A program made the position numbers and the translations under genes. Shown here piece by piece: positions 34,301 to 43,822 of a stretch of DNA of 54,714 nt; positions within the stretch are counted from its first letter, which is position 1; each line of letters opens with the position of its first letter. The notes below the pieces were generated by a model. It was not told where the DNA came from and ran no database searches. It worked only from the letters and a program-made list of their open reading frames with translations. The DNA comes from an uncultured virus (IMG/VR IMGVR_UViG_3300029309_000002) (Duplodnaviria > Heunggongvirae > Uroviricota > Caudoviricetes): the IMG/VR virus record IMGVR_UViG_3300029309_000002; one strand, given 5' to 3'.

Positions 34301-37300
34301 TTTTACCTTCTTTTGTCTTACCTATATATGATCCAAAGTCTTTTATCAACTGTGTAACTTGTTCATCAGAAAGATCTTTAGCATTTACCTTACCTTGATT
34401 AGACATTGTAATATCAACATTAGGATCAATCTCCTCAAACATTATTCTACCTTGCTGATTAGCACTTAGGTTTGAGAAACTAGCTGAGGTAGTGTTAGAT
34501 AACATAACCTTTTGATTGCCTGATATAATAGCTTCTTTTACATCCGCACCTAAGTTAGGATCTCTATATGATACTCTTAATCTATTTCTCTTCTTTATAA
34601 TTTTAAGAAGTTCTTTTGTATTTGTAAATGTTAACTTCTTTTCAAAGTTCTCTTCATTATTAACATTGCCTTCTTGACTTGCTTGTCTAATCCTGTTAAA
34701 TTCTTGCTTGATTGCTTCTTTAAATCCTTCTATACCTTCTTTAGTTAATTGTATACCATCTCCACTATCCTCTATCATTTTTCTAACTGGTAATGTAACA
34801 AAATCTCCTGTATCAGAAGCTTCAATAACTCTAATAAAGTTTGGTGACATAGCAAACTTAACTGGCCCATCCTTACCTTCATAAGAACCTAACTTTGTTT
34901 TATCAGGTGATACCCTATTATAGTTATATAAGTATGCATCTATAACAGATAGTATAAACTGTTGTGGTGTTAATGATCCAAACTTAGTTCCTTTTTCATT
35001 TCTATCATAACTTTTTGCAGCCTTAATCTTACCAGCAGGTGAAACAGCTAATCTACCTTCTTTATAACCACCTATTCTCATTGATCTTACTTGACCATTC
35101 ATAACCATAGATTGGAAAGCTGGATCATTAATTAAAAAGTTATCAGACATATATGCTGACTCACCCTTTTTTAAATCAATAAAGTCAGCATTATCCATTT
35201 CAGCTATTTTTTCTAAATGGAAAGTACCTTGTTGATGTGAGTATATTCTATTGTTTTCTGCATCAAAGAATGTAGAAGAACCAATAGACTCATCAAAGTA
35301 TGCATTGTTTAAGGCAATTGATCTTAATCTACCCTGTGCACCTGCTTCATACTGTTCAGGTTCTGTCTCTGTATCTTGTTCTTGTTCTGTTTGTTTCTCT
35401 TCATTATTAGACTGATCTCTTTCATCAAACTGATTATCTAAAAATATATTTTCATTTCTTTGAATAGACTTTGTAATCTCTTGAACATCTTCAAAAACTA
35501 TAGGTTCTGCATAATCAAAAGCCTCAAATAATAATTCTTGTTTATAGTCTAGTTCTATATTTTGATCTATAAGTCTTTGATATAAACTAAATAATAAATA
35601 GTTAGCAGATACCTTAATTCCTGTTCTGTTATAAAGATCTGTAGAAATTCTTTTTGCTTCCTCAAGAAGGTTTATATCTTCAGGTACTTGTCTATATGTA
35701 ATAAACTCAGCCAAATCTTCTAATGCATCTATTGCTAATTGTTTTTCTTCAGAGCCTTCAATCTTAAGTTTTGAATATTTAGTATTAAAACTATCTGCCA
35801 TCTGTATTAAAGAGTGATGTGCATCATCAGACTTAGTTGCAGAATATAAATGAACAATGCCTGTACCTTTATCTCTATGGACAATCATATAATCCTGTCT
35901 AAAGTTTTTAAAGGTGTTAGTAAACATCTGATATAAAGATTCTTGTACACCCTTTTCAGAATTAATCTTTGGCATAGGTTGTGTAGGATCAAACAACTCA
36001 CCAGATCTTGCAAATTCTATAATACCCATTTGCTTATACATCTCATCAACAGCAGCTTTTGTTTGAGGATTACCATCTGCATATACCCAAATCTTTTCTA
36101 ACATTTTTCTTGTGTTAGTTTCTCCAGCTGCTATTTTTAACAATGATTCATATACCATGTTGTAGTCAATACTAACTAAAACAGGTTCTTCATTATTCTC
36201 GTCTACAAACTTATTGCCAAACATGTCTTGTTCAGCTATTGTAGTTCCTGCCAAAAGTCTTCTTACTAACCTAGGAGCTGATCCATAACCACCTATTTCA
36301 TTAACTTGTCTATCCCACTGCTCACTTGTAATATCTCCAAAGTCTGATTCTGCTTCATCTCTTTCAATAGTCTTTTGATCTACTTGATAATTAAAATCTG
36401 CTAGTCTATCTAAGACAGCTTCTTTTAGTTTATCTGCTTGATTTAGCAATGATGTATAATATAAATCAATCTTTTGTGCATTCTCTATATACCAGTCTTC
36501 TTGTTTAGCATAAAACTCTCTGTCAGGATTATATAACTCTATAAAATCAAAAATAGCCTCATCTAATATAGTTTCAGGATTAGGATAATCAGACTTCATT
36601 TCTCGCATAATAAATAAGTTAGTTATACCAGAAATAATAGTATGCTGATCATCAGCAGGCATATAGTTATTAATTCTTTTTTTAATGTAACTAGTCTTAT
36701 CAGCATTAAACTTTTTTATAGTCTTAGTACCTAACTTTATAGATACCTTAAGAGCTACACTTGGTGTTGTGTCAAACTCATTAAGAAATGGGCTTGTAAA
36801 TCTATTTTGTGCAACACCTGCATTTTTATACTTACCAGAATCAATATTTTTATATAATCTAGTTAGTGTGTTAGTTTGGAATCTACCTAAGATAGATAAA
36901 ATTAAATCTATAATTCTTTGGAATAAACTCTTAGTTTCTGCATCAACATTAGTAGACTTTTGATCCATCTTAAATTTATCAAACTCATCAGCCATAAACT
37001 CTTCATACAATCTATCAGTAAGAGTTGCTTTATCCATTTGTGTATACATAGGATGTTCCATACGCATTTCTTCTAATGCCTGATCTAAAGTTTTACCTTC
37101 TGCTTTTAACTTAGCATTTACTTTAACAGCAGCTAAAGATAAATATTTACTAATCTCAGCATCAGTTAAAAATGTTCTAAATACTGCATGGAATGCCTCA
37201 TGATATTTAAATGGTGTATTAGTTCCAACCTTTATTGTAGTAGTTAAGCCAGGTGTACCATCAGCAATCCTTTGGAAACTCATTATAACTTTACCAACTA

Positions 37301-40300
37301 TTGTCTTATCATTTATCATTTTGTCTACAACTAAACCTGGATCTAGTTGAACATAGTCAGTATTTACATTTTCTTGTAACCATCTACCAAATGTATCCAC
37401 GTCTTCTATATCATTTCCATCAAACTCATCTGTTATCTTATAGGCATTAGAATCATCTTCTAATTGATTAATAGTATTTATCAACCTTCTGTAGTCTAGG
37501 TATAAAGGATTTGCAGGATTTGATTTGAAGTCTTTAATCTCTTTATTTATCAATCTATTCTTGTCAGCTTGTTTAATTGTATTACCAAGCTCTTCAAGCC
37601 TTGTTCTTCTATAATCTTTAATAAAATCATCAAGAGCTTTTTCTGCAATCTCTAAAGCATCTAATGCAGTTTGATTAGCTGCTCCAGATTCAGTTATAAC
37701 ACCTTCATTATTTTCAGATATAACTTCTAATTTAAGACCGTCAATAACATCACTATTTTGTTCTAATATATTGTTATCAAACTCATTTAAAACCTCTCCA
37801 TTAACTAGTTTTCTAGCAATACTTTTTAACTTTTCTCTTGATACTGCTTTGTAATCAGACTTCACAATATCTCTTTTATCTTGTTGAGATAACTCTAAAG
37901 GATCTTCTTCAACTTGATTATCATCAATAGGATCTTCAGTTTTAAATCGTGATAATAAATTAGATTGATATTTTTCTAATGAGACTTCAACTGGATCTAC
38001 TTTTAATTGTAAACTAAAGTTAGATTTGATTTCTGGCATATGTCTTGTTAACATTAAACCAATAATATCAATACCTTCTCCTTCTTTATTTACAGAATAC
38101 TTAAATGATTCAGGTTTTATATCTATACCAGATGCATCTTTTATAATACTATTTAACTGCTTTGCAAAATCAACTTGATCTCTTACCTTTTGCAAATTGT
38201 CATTACTCATAAAACCTTTACCTTTTCTTTTTTTAGAATTCTTTTTAGCATTAAGGTTTACATAATCTATAGCAAGTCCACTTGCAGGAGAGTATGATAA
38301 AGTAATATATTCACCTTTTTTATCTGTTGCAATAAATAATTCTTCATTTAACTTCTTAGACAGTTCGTCATTGTTCTTATAGTTAAGTTTCTTTGCTACT
38401 CTTGCACCTGCTTTATTCTCTTCTGTGTTATTATCATAAGTATCCTGTGATACTTTTTTCATATCAGCTAACATCTTATTAAAATCAGCATCTGACATCT
38501 CAGCAGGACTGAGATCAACAAAAGATCCAGCTCCATTTTCTAATTCTACATATGCAAAATATCTACCTAGTTTATTTTTAATATCAGATTTCTGAAAGTC
38601 TTTTACTTTTTCTCTAATACGTGCACGTAACTCAGTGTTTGATTTTATATTTGTTATAGGTAGTGCTGTAATCTTATCATCTCCACGTCTTTCATAATCT
38701 CTTTGGAAATCTAAAATATAATATGGTTTGTTACCATCAGTAGTATCAGTAGTATCACCTAAAACAAACTGAGTTTCTAAAGTGTTAAAAGGTATTCTAT
38801 CATTATTTGGATTTAATGATTGCTGTCCAGGACTTAGTGCCGCACTTAAAAAAGGTAAACTAGATAGTTTTACTTGCATTTTACCCTCTGTTGTACCCTC
38901 AAACATCTTATCTATCTGATCATAGATATAAAACCCTGCAGTATAATTTTCATGTATCTGTTTTACAACGTCTTGTATATTTTGATTTGGGTATACAATA
39001 AAGTATTCTCTAACATTACTTTCATCAATTTGGAAAGGAGATAATTGTTTACCATTTTTTCCACTTTGTGTTACAAACAATGCTGTCTCAGGCCCTTGAA
39101 AATACCCAAGCACATCATTTGTTTTAGTTTTTGAATTATATACTGATAACTTAATACTATACCTTTGTGAATTTATTTTAATTTTATCATTAGTTTCTTT
39201 ATCACCAAATCTAAAACTACGTCTATTTCTAATATCAATATCTCCCTGCTCTTGGTTTTTTATAATCTCTACATCTATAGATTCTATTTGTGAAGGAGTT
39301 AAGTTTCTAAAAAACTCTTGCTGTTGTTCTACAGCTTTAGCTACTCTTTCTGTATAGTTTTCTATATTATTATCTCTTGCAGGAAATATTGTTAATGGCT
39401 CTCTTACTGGAAGTTTACTTACTGTATTAATAAAGTTTATTTCATCATTAGTAACAACTGTATAATCTTTCTGGAATGTAGCAACTTTTATATTTTTCTT
39501 ATCTTTCTTTCTTGGATTTTTTACATTGTATTTATGTAATGTTATTTTACCGCCCTCAACTTGTTTCTTATCAGACTGTACTGTCCACCAGTTACCATTT
39601 TTATCTTGAACTATTTCACCTTTAGATATTTGTTCTTTACCTATAGTATAAATTTCTTCTTGTGTCTCTGCCTTAGCAATAGCATTCCTAGCTGTAGTAG
39701 CTTCTCTTGCTGTACTATAGACATTATCATTTATAGGATCTTTGTTATTATCTACAATAATATATTCAGTAACTTCTTCTCCTTCCTTAGTTCTCATACT
39801 TCTCTTCTGTATATTTAATCCAGAACTATGAGGAGTTGTTTTTCTTTTCTTTGTATTTTCATTACTTGTATCAACACTCTTTGGTAAAGCTGCAGAAGAT
39901 ATTTGTCCTATAGTTAAATTATACAATCTTAAAATATCTCTAACACGTCTATCATTTCTTTTCTCAGATAAAAACTCGTAAAAAGGTTTTGTTGTTTCAC
40001 CAGATACAATTGCAGGTGTATATACATTTTGTACTATATCATTTATAGCTTTAGCTCTCTTTCTTACAGTACGTGAATTATCACTCTTTAACCAAGCTGT
40101 ATAATCTAAATAGTTTTGATCTTTACTAGATCTAAGTTTTACATACTTTCTCCACTGTTCTTTTAGATAGTCCTTAGCAATCTTTTTATCTTCTACCTTT
40201 TCTTCATCTACCTCTATATTATCTGGATCAACCTCTGGCTCAGGATCTATATCTTCAAAGTTTTCTTCATAGTTAAAGTTATCATCTACATTAGTCTCAT

Positions 40301-43300
40301 CCTTCTCTGTTGTTTCCTGTGATTTAGGTTTATCTTTTTTACTTCTTATACCTTCATACTTTTTTATAGCATCTTGTAAGATTGTCCATGGTTGTCCACT
40401 TGTCTCATCTATAACACCATTATAGTTACCATAGATTGTTGGCATTGTACCATCCTTAAGAAACTTAGCAACCTGCTCATCCCTTGGAAAAATACCTGCT
40501 TTTGCTAGTGTAGATAAAAACTCATTTCTTTCTACTATACCTACATAGTTTCTTATTCTTTCTTCAACCTTACCTTTATTTTCAAAATATACTTTCTTAA
40601 ATCTTGGAGCAATTTTTTCAGCTAATGATGCTAAATTCTCAGGACTTAGTATATTTCTCATAGCAAAGTCTACATCTTCTGATCTACCTTTTACTGTTTT
40701 ATAGTCAATTATTTTTTGTACTATTTCTGTTATATCTGCAGGTAATGATGATACATCAGCATTTTCTGTATTTATAAGTAAAAACTCTAAATATGGTCTA
40801 ATAACTGCAGTTAACTCTTCAATATTCTCTGTTTTAAACTCACCAAAAGGATCTGATACAGATGCAGCTAGTTTTCTAATAAGATCAGGATCTGTCTTTA
40901 ATGCTTCATCAGACAAGATTCTTGCTCTCATTGTTTCTAAAGACTTTTCATAGATCTGTTGTTCTGTTGCTTTTTGTTGTTCTGTTTGCTCTTCCTCCTC
41001 ATCTTGTTTAGGCACAACACTTACAAAAGGACCTCTATTAACAAAAGCAGGATTAGATAGTACTTTGAATATATTTTGTAATAAAACTAATCTTTCTTTT
41101 TTCTTTTCAATTAGAATCTTTTCATCATCTGATAATTCTTTCTTTTGTTCTACAGCTTCTCCTTCTTCATTAAGAACTATTTCAGGTTTGTTAGATAACT
41201 CAATCTCTACCTTTAAAAGATCAATCTCAGATATAAGCTTTTTAATATCTAATAGATTATCAACATCATTAGTAGCAAACTCACCACTAATTTCAGATAT
41301 ATCATTATACATTGAATTAGCTCTTTCTACTGCCCTCTCAAATGTATCATTAGCAAAAATTGAAATCATCTTAGCATGATGAAATGCAGCCTGATTTATT
41401 TTTTCATTTAAGTGCTCTTGTGTTCCTTCTTTATATAAAGCAGGATCAAATGGATTTACAATTTGATCATTAAGTTTTTTATAAGCTTTATCAATCTTAT
41501 CTAAACGGGTTTCCATTTGTGTTAATCTTGCTCTCAGTTTACCAGACTTAACATCTTCTTCAGTAGCTTGTGGGAATGCTTCTAATAATGCTTTATCATC
41601 AAGCTTTTGAAAAGCTTTTATATCTTGTCTAAAGTCATGTAATTTACCAGATTCTGCTAAAGTATATAAATGATGAAATATTCCTGAATCTTTAGCGTCA
41701 TATCCATTTAATGCACTACCTGCATATGATGCAGCAAAGAAATCTTCATTAGATAATTTTTGTTGAAGAGCATTTAATTTAGTTTCATTAAAATAAAAAT
41801 CAGGATCATTATAAACCTCATTAGAAACTTTAACTACATTTTTAATATAGTCTTCTCTTGATTTATCATATGCAGCAAACTTATCTTTATTAAACTTAGA
41901 TTGAAATAGTTCAGGTAAAGTATTAAAAACTAACTTTTGTGGTCCTTGTACTAAACCACCCATTAAGAATCCAGACATAAATACTTCAAAACCATGAGAA
42001 GTCATCTGAGATCCTATACCATGATAGATAGAGGCCATCTGAGCATCTATCCCACCCATAGATGGATCATTGTAAAGATTTGTATAGTAATCTTCTGCAC
42101 CAACAGCAATAGCCTCTTGTCCAATTTCTTGCATACCTTCAACATAATTTGTTGTAAAGTATCTTAGACCACCCCACTTAAGTAAATTAAGATTACCTCT
42201 TATACCTCTTTTAAATGTTCTTCTTATACCAAAACCTGATACTGTTTTGCCTAAATCTACATATGCTTCTACACTACCTTTAGTTCCTTTTTTAGCAGTT
42301 TCTTTTGCTAACTGACCTTTTGTTTTTCTAACTACTCTTTTACCTGCTTCTGTACTTACATCAGCCATACCTCTTGCAATGCCTCTAAATCCTCTCAATG
42401 CTGTGTCAAAAACAATAGCATTTGAAAAATAGATTAATGGAAAATTCCATAATGTTGCTGTAAATGCAGCTTCTGCTCCACTCATTCTCATATCTTCAAG
42501 AGCTTTACCAGTTGGTGGAGCTCCAAAGTCTGCCAAATGTTGAGAGTATAAGTTATTAAATGTTGAGTTCTCTACAAAACCAGCCTCTAATTTTGATTCA
42601 GACATAGCTAAATTTACAGCTCTTACATCTCTATATAAACCACCAACAGTACTTGAGACTTTTGCTAATCCAGATAGTTGACGTGCTGTGTTATTTGTAG
42701 TATAAATATTTTGAATAGCTTTGTATGTATTAGGTGTAACTGCATTACCTAAAAATCTACCACCAGCATTCCAAACATCTCTAGTAAAATCAAAGTTTTT
42801 CATTTTTTGTAACAAAGACTTACTAGCTGCAGCTGTTTGTTTTACTTTTGGAGCACCTCTTAATGCTTTACCACCTCTTACCAGATTGTATGCTGTTCTA
42901 CTAGCTACAACAGGAGTAGCACCTCCAAATGTTACAGCTTCTAAACCAGCTAGTGCAAGTTCTTCTACAGCTATATTTGCAAGAATACCAAAAGTGTATC
43001 CTGAATTTAATGCCAAGTTATTAAAGAAAGCACCTGTACCACCCTTAGAAGAATTACCAATACGCATAGCATCTTCAAAAACATCTGATCCACTCACATC
43101 TGGTGCTAAATAATCACCCCTAAACGCATCACCAATTGCTCTATAAGTACTCATAAAACCAGTACTAAAAATATTTCCCCATTGGCTACGCATTCTTGCA
43201 TTCTCATCCCACCATGAAGAGTTAGCATTATAATAAGATTCATTATCTACATAAGGATGAAATCCTATATCATTAAATAATTGTTCAAAACCTGGTGCAT

Positions 43301-43817
43301 CATATCTATCATAGTTTGTTGCTTTTATACCAAATCTTAATGGTTGTTCTGCTGTAACAGGATCAGGCATATTTGTATTCTGTCCAAACATTTGTATTTC
43401 TTTTTGCAGATCTGTTAATTGTAATTTGGGTGTTGGTTGTTGTTGATAGATAGGTGAGTTAGGATCAAGTACACCAGGATAATTCATTTCTACCGGATTA
43501 TACTTTAACATGTTTTGAAGCACGTTTGCATTCTCAACAATCGTAGGATCAAGAGGACCAACAGGTAATGGAGATGGTATTAAAACATCTCTTACCTCAA
43601 GATCAAGCATACCAGGTGCAGGATTGGGTACAACTTGTCCTAAATTATTTTGATGGGTTATACCAACCTGTGTAGGACCTTGATTAAAAGTTGCAGGGTC
43701 TATAGCAGTTTGAACAATAGTATTGGGTGGTGTTAATCTATTTTCATCTGCATTTTCTGGAACAGGTGTTGTAGTCTCTTGTGCACTACTAAATGTATTT
43801 AAATTTTCTAAAGCCAT
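28302..43817 (-). CDS. Giant virion RNA polymerase polyprotein (crAss-like two-barrel RNAP with zincin and NADAR-like segments)
   Basis: 5171 aa; GVRIPSQDKHS (~32200-32228) and SGADFDIDKL (DFDID at 32091-32105); HEAFH at 37188-37202; FYSVEHAYQ near 29571-29600. Confidence 0.88.
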   Translation of the reverse strand: MALENLNTFSSAQETTTPVPENADENRLTPPNTIVQTAIDPATFNQGPTQVGITHQNNLGQVVPNPAPGMLDLEVRDVLIPSPLPVGPLDPTIVENANVLQNMLKYNPVEMNYPGVLDPNSPIYQQQPTPKLQLTDLQKEIQMFGQNTNMPDPVTAEQPLRFGIKATNYDRYDAPGFEQLFNDIGFHPYVDNESYYNANSSWWDENARMRSQWGNIFSTGFMSTYRAIGDAFRGDYLAPDVSGSDVFEDAMRIGNSSKGGTGAFFNNLALNSGYTFGILANIAVEELALAGLEAVTFGGATPVVASRTAYNLVRGGKALRGAPKVKQTAAASKSLLQKMKNFDFTRDVWNAGGRFLGNAVTPNTYKAIQNIYTTNNTARQLSGLAKVSSTVGGLYRDVRAVNLAMSESKLEAGFVENSTFNNLYSQHLADFGAPPTGKALEDMRMSGAEAAFTATLWNFPLIYFSNAIVFDTALRGFRGIARGMADVSTEAGKRVVRKTKGQLAKETAKKGTKGSVEAYVDLGKTVSGFGIRRTFKRGIRGNLNLLKWGGLRYFTTNYVEGMQEIGQEAIAVGAEDYYTNLYNDPSMGGIDAQMASIYHGIGSQMTSHGFEVFMSGFLMGGLVQGPQKLVFNTLPELFQSKFNKDKFAAYDKSREDYIKNVVKVSNEVYNDPDFYFNETKLNALQQKLSNEDFFAASYAGSALNGYDAKDSGIFHHLYTLAESGKLHDFRQDIKAFQKLDDKALLEAFPQATEEDVKSGKLRARLTQMETRLDKIDKAYKKLNDQIVNPFDPALYKEGTQEHLNEKINQAAFHHAKMISIFANDTFERAVERANSMYNDISEISGEFATNDVDNLLDIKKLISEIDLLKVEIELSNKPEIVLNEEGEAVEQKKELSDDEKILIEKKKERLVLLQNIFKVLSNPAFVNRGPFVSVVPKQDEEEEQTEQQKATEQQIYEKSLETMRARILSDEALKTDPDLIRKLAASVSDPFGEFKTENIEELTAVIRPYLEFLLINTENADVSSLPADITEIVQKIIDYKTVKGRSEDVDFAMRNILSPENLASLAEKIAPRFKKVYFENKGKVEERIRNYVGIVERNEFLSTLAKAGIFPRDEQVAKFLKDGTMPTIYGNYNGVIDETSGQPWTILQDAIKKYEGIRSKKDKPKSQETTEKDETNVDDNFNYEENFEDIDPEPEVDPDNIEVDEEKVEDKKIAKDYLKEQWRKYVKLRSSKDQNYLDYTAWLKSDNSRTVRKRAKAINDIVQNVYTPAIVSGETTKPFYEFLSEKRNDRRVRDILRLYNLTIGQISSAALPKSVDTSNENTKKRKTTPHSSGLNIQKRSMRTKEGEEVTEYIIVDNNKDPINDNVYSTAREATTARNAIAKAETQEEIYTIGKEQISKGEIVQDKNGNWWTVQSDKKQVEGGKITLHKYNVKNPRKKDKKNIKVATFQKDYTVVTNDEINFINTVSKLPVREPLTIFPARDNNIENYTERVAKAVEQQQEFFRNLTPSQIESIDVEIIKNQEQGDIDIRNRRSFRFGDKETNDKIKINSQRYSIKLSVYNSKTKTNDVLGYFQGPETALFVTQSGKNGKQLSPFQIDESNVREYFIVYPNQNIQDVVKQIHENYTAGFYIYDQIDKMFEGTTEGKMQVKLSSLPFLSAALSPGQQSLNPNNDRIPFNTLETQFVLGDTTDTTDGNKPYYILDFQRDYERRGDDKITALPITNIKSNTELRARIREKVKDFQKSDIKNKLGRYFAYVELENGAGSFVDLSPAEMSDADFNKMLADMKKVSQDTYDNNTEENKAGARVAKKLNYKNNDELSKKLNEELFIATDKKGEYITLSYSPASGLAIDYVNLNAKKNSKKRKGKGFMSNDNLQKVRDQVDFAKQLNSIIKDASGIDIKPESFKYSVNKEGEGIDIIGLMLTRHMPEIKSNFSLQLKVDPVEVSLEKYQSNLLSRFKTEDPIDDNQVEEDPLELSQQDKRDIVKSDYKAVSREKLKSIARKLVNGEVLNEFDNNILEQNSDVIDGLKLEVISENNEGVITESGAANQTALDALEIAEKALDDFIKDYRRTRLEELGNTIKQADKNRLINKEIKDFKSNPANPLYLDYRRLINTINQLEDDSNAYKITDEFDGNDIEDVDTFGRWLQENVNTDYVQLDPGLVVDKMINDKTIVGKVIMSFQRIADGTPGLTTTIKVGTNTPFKYHEAFHAVFRTFLTDAEISKYLSLAAVKVNAKLKAEGKTLDQALEEMRMEHPMYTQMDKATLTDRLYEEFMADEFDKFKMDQKSTNVDAETKSLFQRIIDLILSILGRFQTNTLTRLYKNIDSGKYKNAGVAQNRFTSPFLNEFDTTPSVALKVSIKLGTKTIKKFNADKTSYIKKRINNYMPADDQHTIISGITNLFIMREMKSDYPNPETILDEAIFDFIELYNPDREFYAKQEDWYIENAQKIDLYYTSLLNQADKLKEAVLDRLADFNYQVDQKTIERDEAESDFGDITSEQWDRQVNEIGGYGSAPRLVRRLLAGTTIAEQDMFGNKFVDENNEEPVLVSIDYNMVYESLLKIAAGETNTRKMLEKIWVYADGNPQTKAAVDEMYKQMGIIEFARSGELFDPTQPMPKINSEKGVQESLYQMFTNTFKNFRQDYMIVHRDKGTGIVHLYSATKSDDAHHSLIQMADSFNTKYSKLKIEGSEEKQLAIDALEDLAEFITYRQVPEDINLLEEAKRISTDLYNRTGIKVSANYLLFSLYQRLIDQNIELDYKQELLFEAFDYAEPIVFEDVQEITKSIQRNENIFLDNQFDERDQSNNEEKQTEQEQDTETEPEQYEAGAQGRLRSIALNNAYFDESIGSSTFFDAENNRIYSHQQGTFHLEKIAEMDNADFIDLKKGESAYMSDNFLINDPAFQSMVMNGQVRSMRIGGYKEGRLAVSPAGKIKAAKSYDRNEKGTKFGSLTPQQFILSVIDAYLYNYNRVSPDKTKLGSYEGKDGPVKFAMSPNFIRVIEASDTGDFVTLPVRKMIEDSGDGIQLTKEGIEGFKEAIKQEFNRIRQASQEGNVNNEENFEKKLTFTNTKELLKIIKKRNRLRVSYRDPNLGADVKEAIISGNQKVMLSNTTSASFSNLSANQQGRIMFEEIDPNVDITMSNQGKVNAKDLSDEQVTQLIKDFGSYIGKTKEGKRIYTFSIGETTYYTYSPTIAQFFQSRNYENGRELTLFNFNVSAEQAELVLNEDGSVEAADVDMSVVEVLETFAKDPDVTFETAWNSSGAEEVMTTRLINEATEFIELLKDFKAYNKISSEISIGLGKMVSNDKGTVSYDRTDDTQKISELYNLKDDSLDYNLVQIFLNNYLNTKTFNDLILGDQSITLGDAITAIKRAKMQNAAGKSAAHDITAPALGINHSLESIAQVTYNDSRYKKLFTQVLQEQKPDLKPGERGDGQMLITLKAIRHFMFGFGTLTKAQARILDLIDEGDLETVEREFFGTRDFASYKKLDAIVNSQKLVYGDGQTYLKMSAFILTKNFTSVKDASGNWVAIDGREGLHNLREKLEKYESDNNTVGIAVPESASKMYKRNVITERDAFSTAPLDETNTSTIDAAFMRQQVINPSNKTEQVDARQILNLITGEQNRTDKVMLDGVELPVGDVIDLYHQAREDKQANAYFSKRNLVFDFKGILNDFLDFKQTQEVTPRLTAFLQFAQAGLRASQAKTQMLSYFSMEESGTGDPDFNLNNQLTARKFQELFLSFISKGTISARQPGISAALVSDDQFQVVKQVIATDEKGTPTEWRVIRQKDWESIKADNTLIKKYSDPENEIHEGLSKDQFYLDRLRMAKDKDGNDYMEMVIPPHFKSILDNLDQLDMYEDLPNAIAKYFGVRIPSQDKHSAANLKVVDWLPVYYGSSAIFARELVELSGADFDIDKLYMQIKDFYYANGQFKEFGSAQSEIDKYEEYVEFIKREVKNPTSIYRQAVDAWVEQGSVVEEGIVDVIKNEEYDTLTREERNRITQGNFKIAAEILNLDPALDIEADLFFKTVYGVPEALTSLGLPVSFEQYTKFKEENRREPYNAPIDNKILDYKFALLGHPGMSEGKNGRPLGIAKEPANLVPLKDDLNKMGALEFILEEMPELAEFINDIDIDVDNFNGQLLAYESNKEGARSIGTVVLPNIVVNIAKEFDTEVRSRIIDDVEQIKRFTYNDVEYTKFVDYVINDEGVADPKLFRTQFIISALVTAMTDNAKERLAAKLGLKKQTLGMVTQMTAMGLNIKDTVLMLQHPTIKKALFEATNKENMFDPGFAKLLGLRMLALEDYFADNEVDRDKIKFKFNRENLIDSVRRTPINPELASDEIDPKTPINDLVFEYTFLEQFTIALGQADFMYNMSVLLQLQTGFTRDLYDFNEISKAAEKLGLYMSNKEFAESNLPFDVRPIFKGENSFHAFYFNAFEELRTDLLPKLFIELTDPFKEIENTILGSTTIRDKADFVALTNNVIAILNTMAYMESLRNDSQYNGTQLASLNNAFIYPNAKYGKPLTAEQKAAGITENLDIVGVVTRLRENSDYNYFIDEFISLREVDSEHNYEGLTQVITNNFTRLSDANLTNIQNDILSLYSNRRTYKDTLHLVNYLLVKDGFMRAKNSFISVLPIDLTRDILNSIDKVQKLFLTEKAGDEAYKRVFGKTYSDLKEYIVFEYLQRTSNKFFLKRKNNDAIATSYLGEYEEIDYEDGRIIIDADVTESETSSNMLSRYGKRSFTYAGKTFYSVEHAYQVMLSGSFDASLDKKWRAGKEDAIDSIPGKRGTGKLKSKRKGKDNAALLTQLTRISILQNANMETENGVPLAQQVVYNSQFDFVGETKADADAIRQGISQARSQLRFETVKDQNGVEDLKYISTEKITEREKASKDALKSPVYDDTVKGEFIVDLYKGLPTFFDKTVKKIRRLKVKKGDATGIQKLKDNANEIRKAGFVTKLREIKVQGKTFVRLEVDAPLEFLRSNRDGVDEVYKLVEVQRDGDYKAEDKLDLLLPTNETKVFGNYLRYENIGPPKGSRSQNVVGFVFGESPNEQQIDQLNLAKFAMDVEDVSDDFEAQEEDFTTEEDAREGEDQVAELFSALGVAEEATTEAEAEDVDPGTESLEEQLELTKDRLVEAFYDNLTEEQKEKVGTKDQIMEAYLSYPIDAEEFIENIKKCYLK

Positions 43818-43822
43818 TTATT

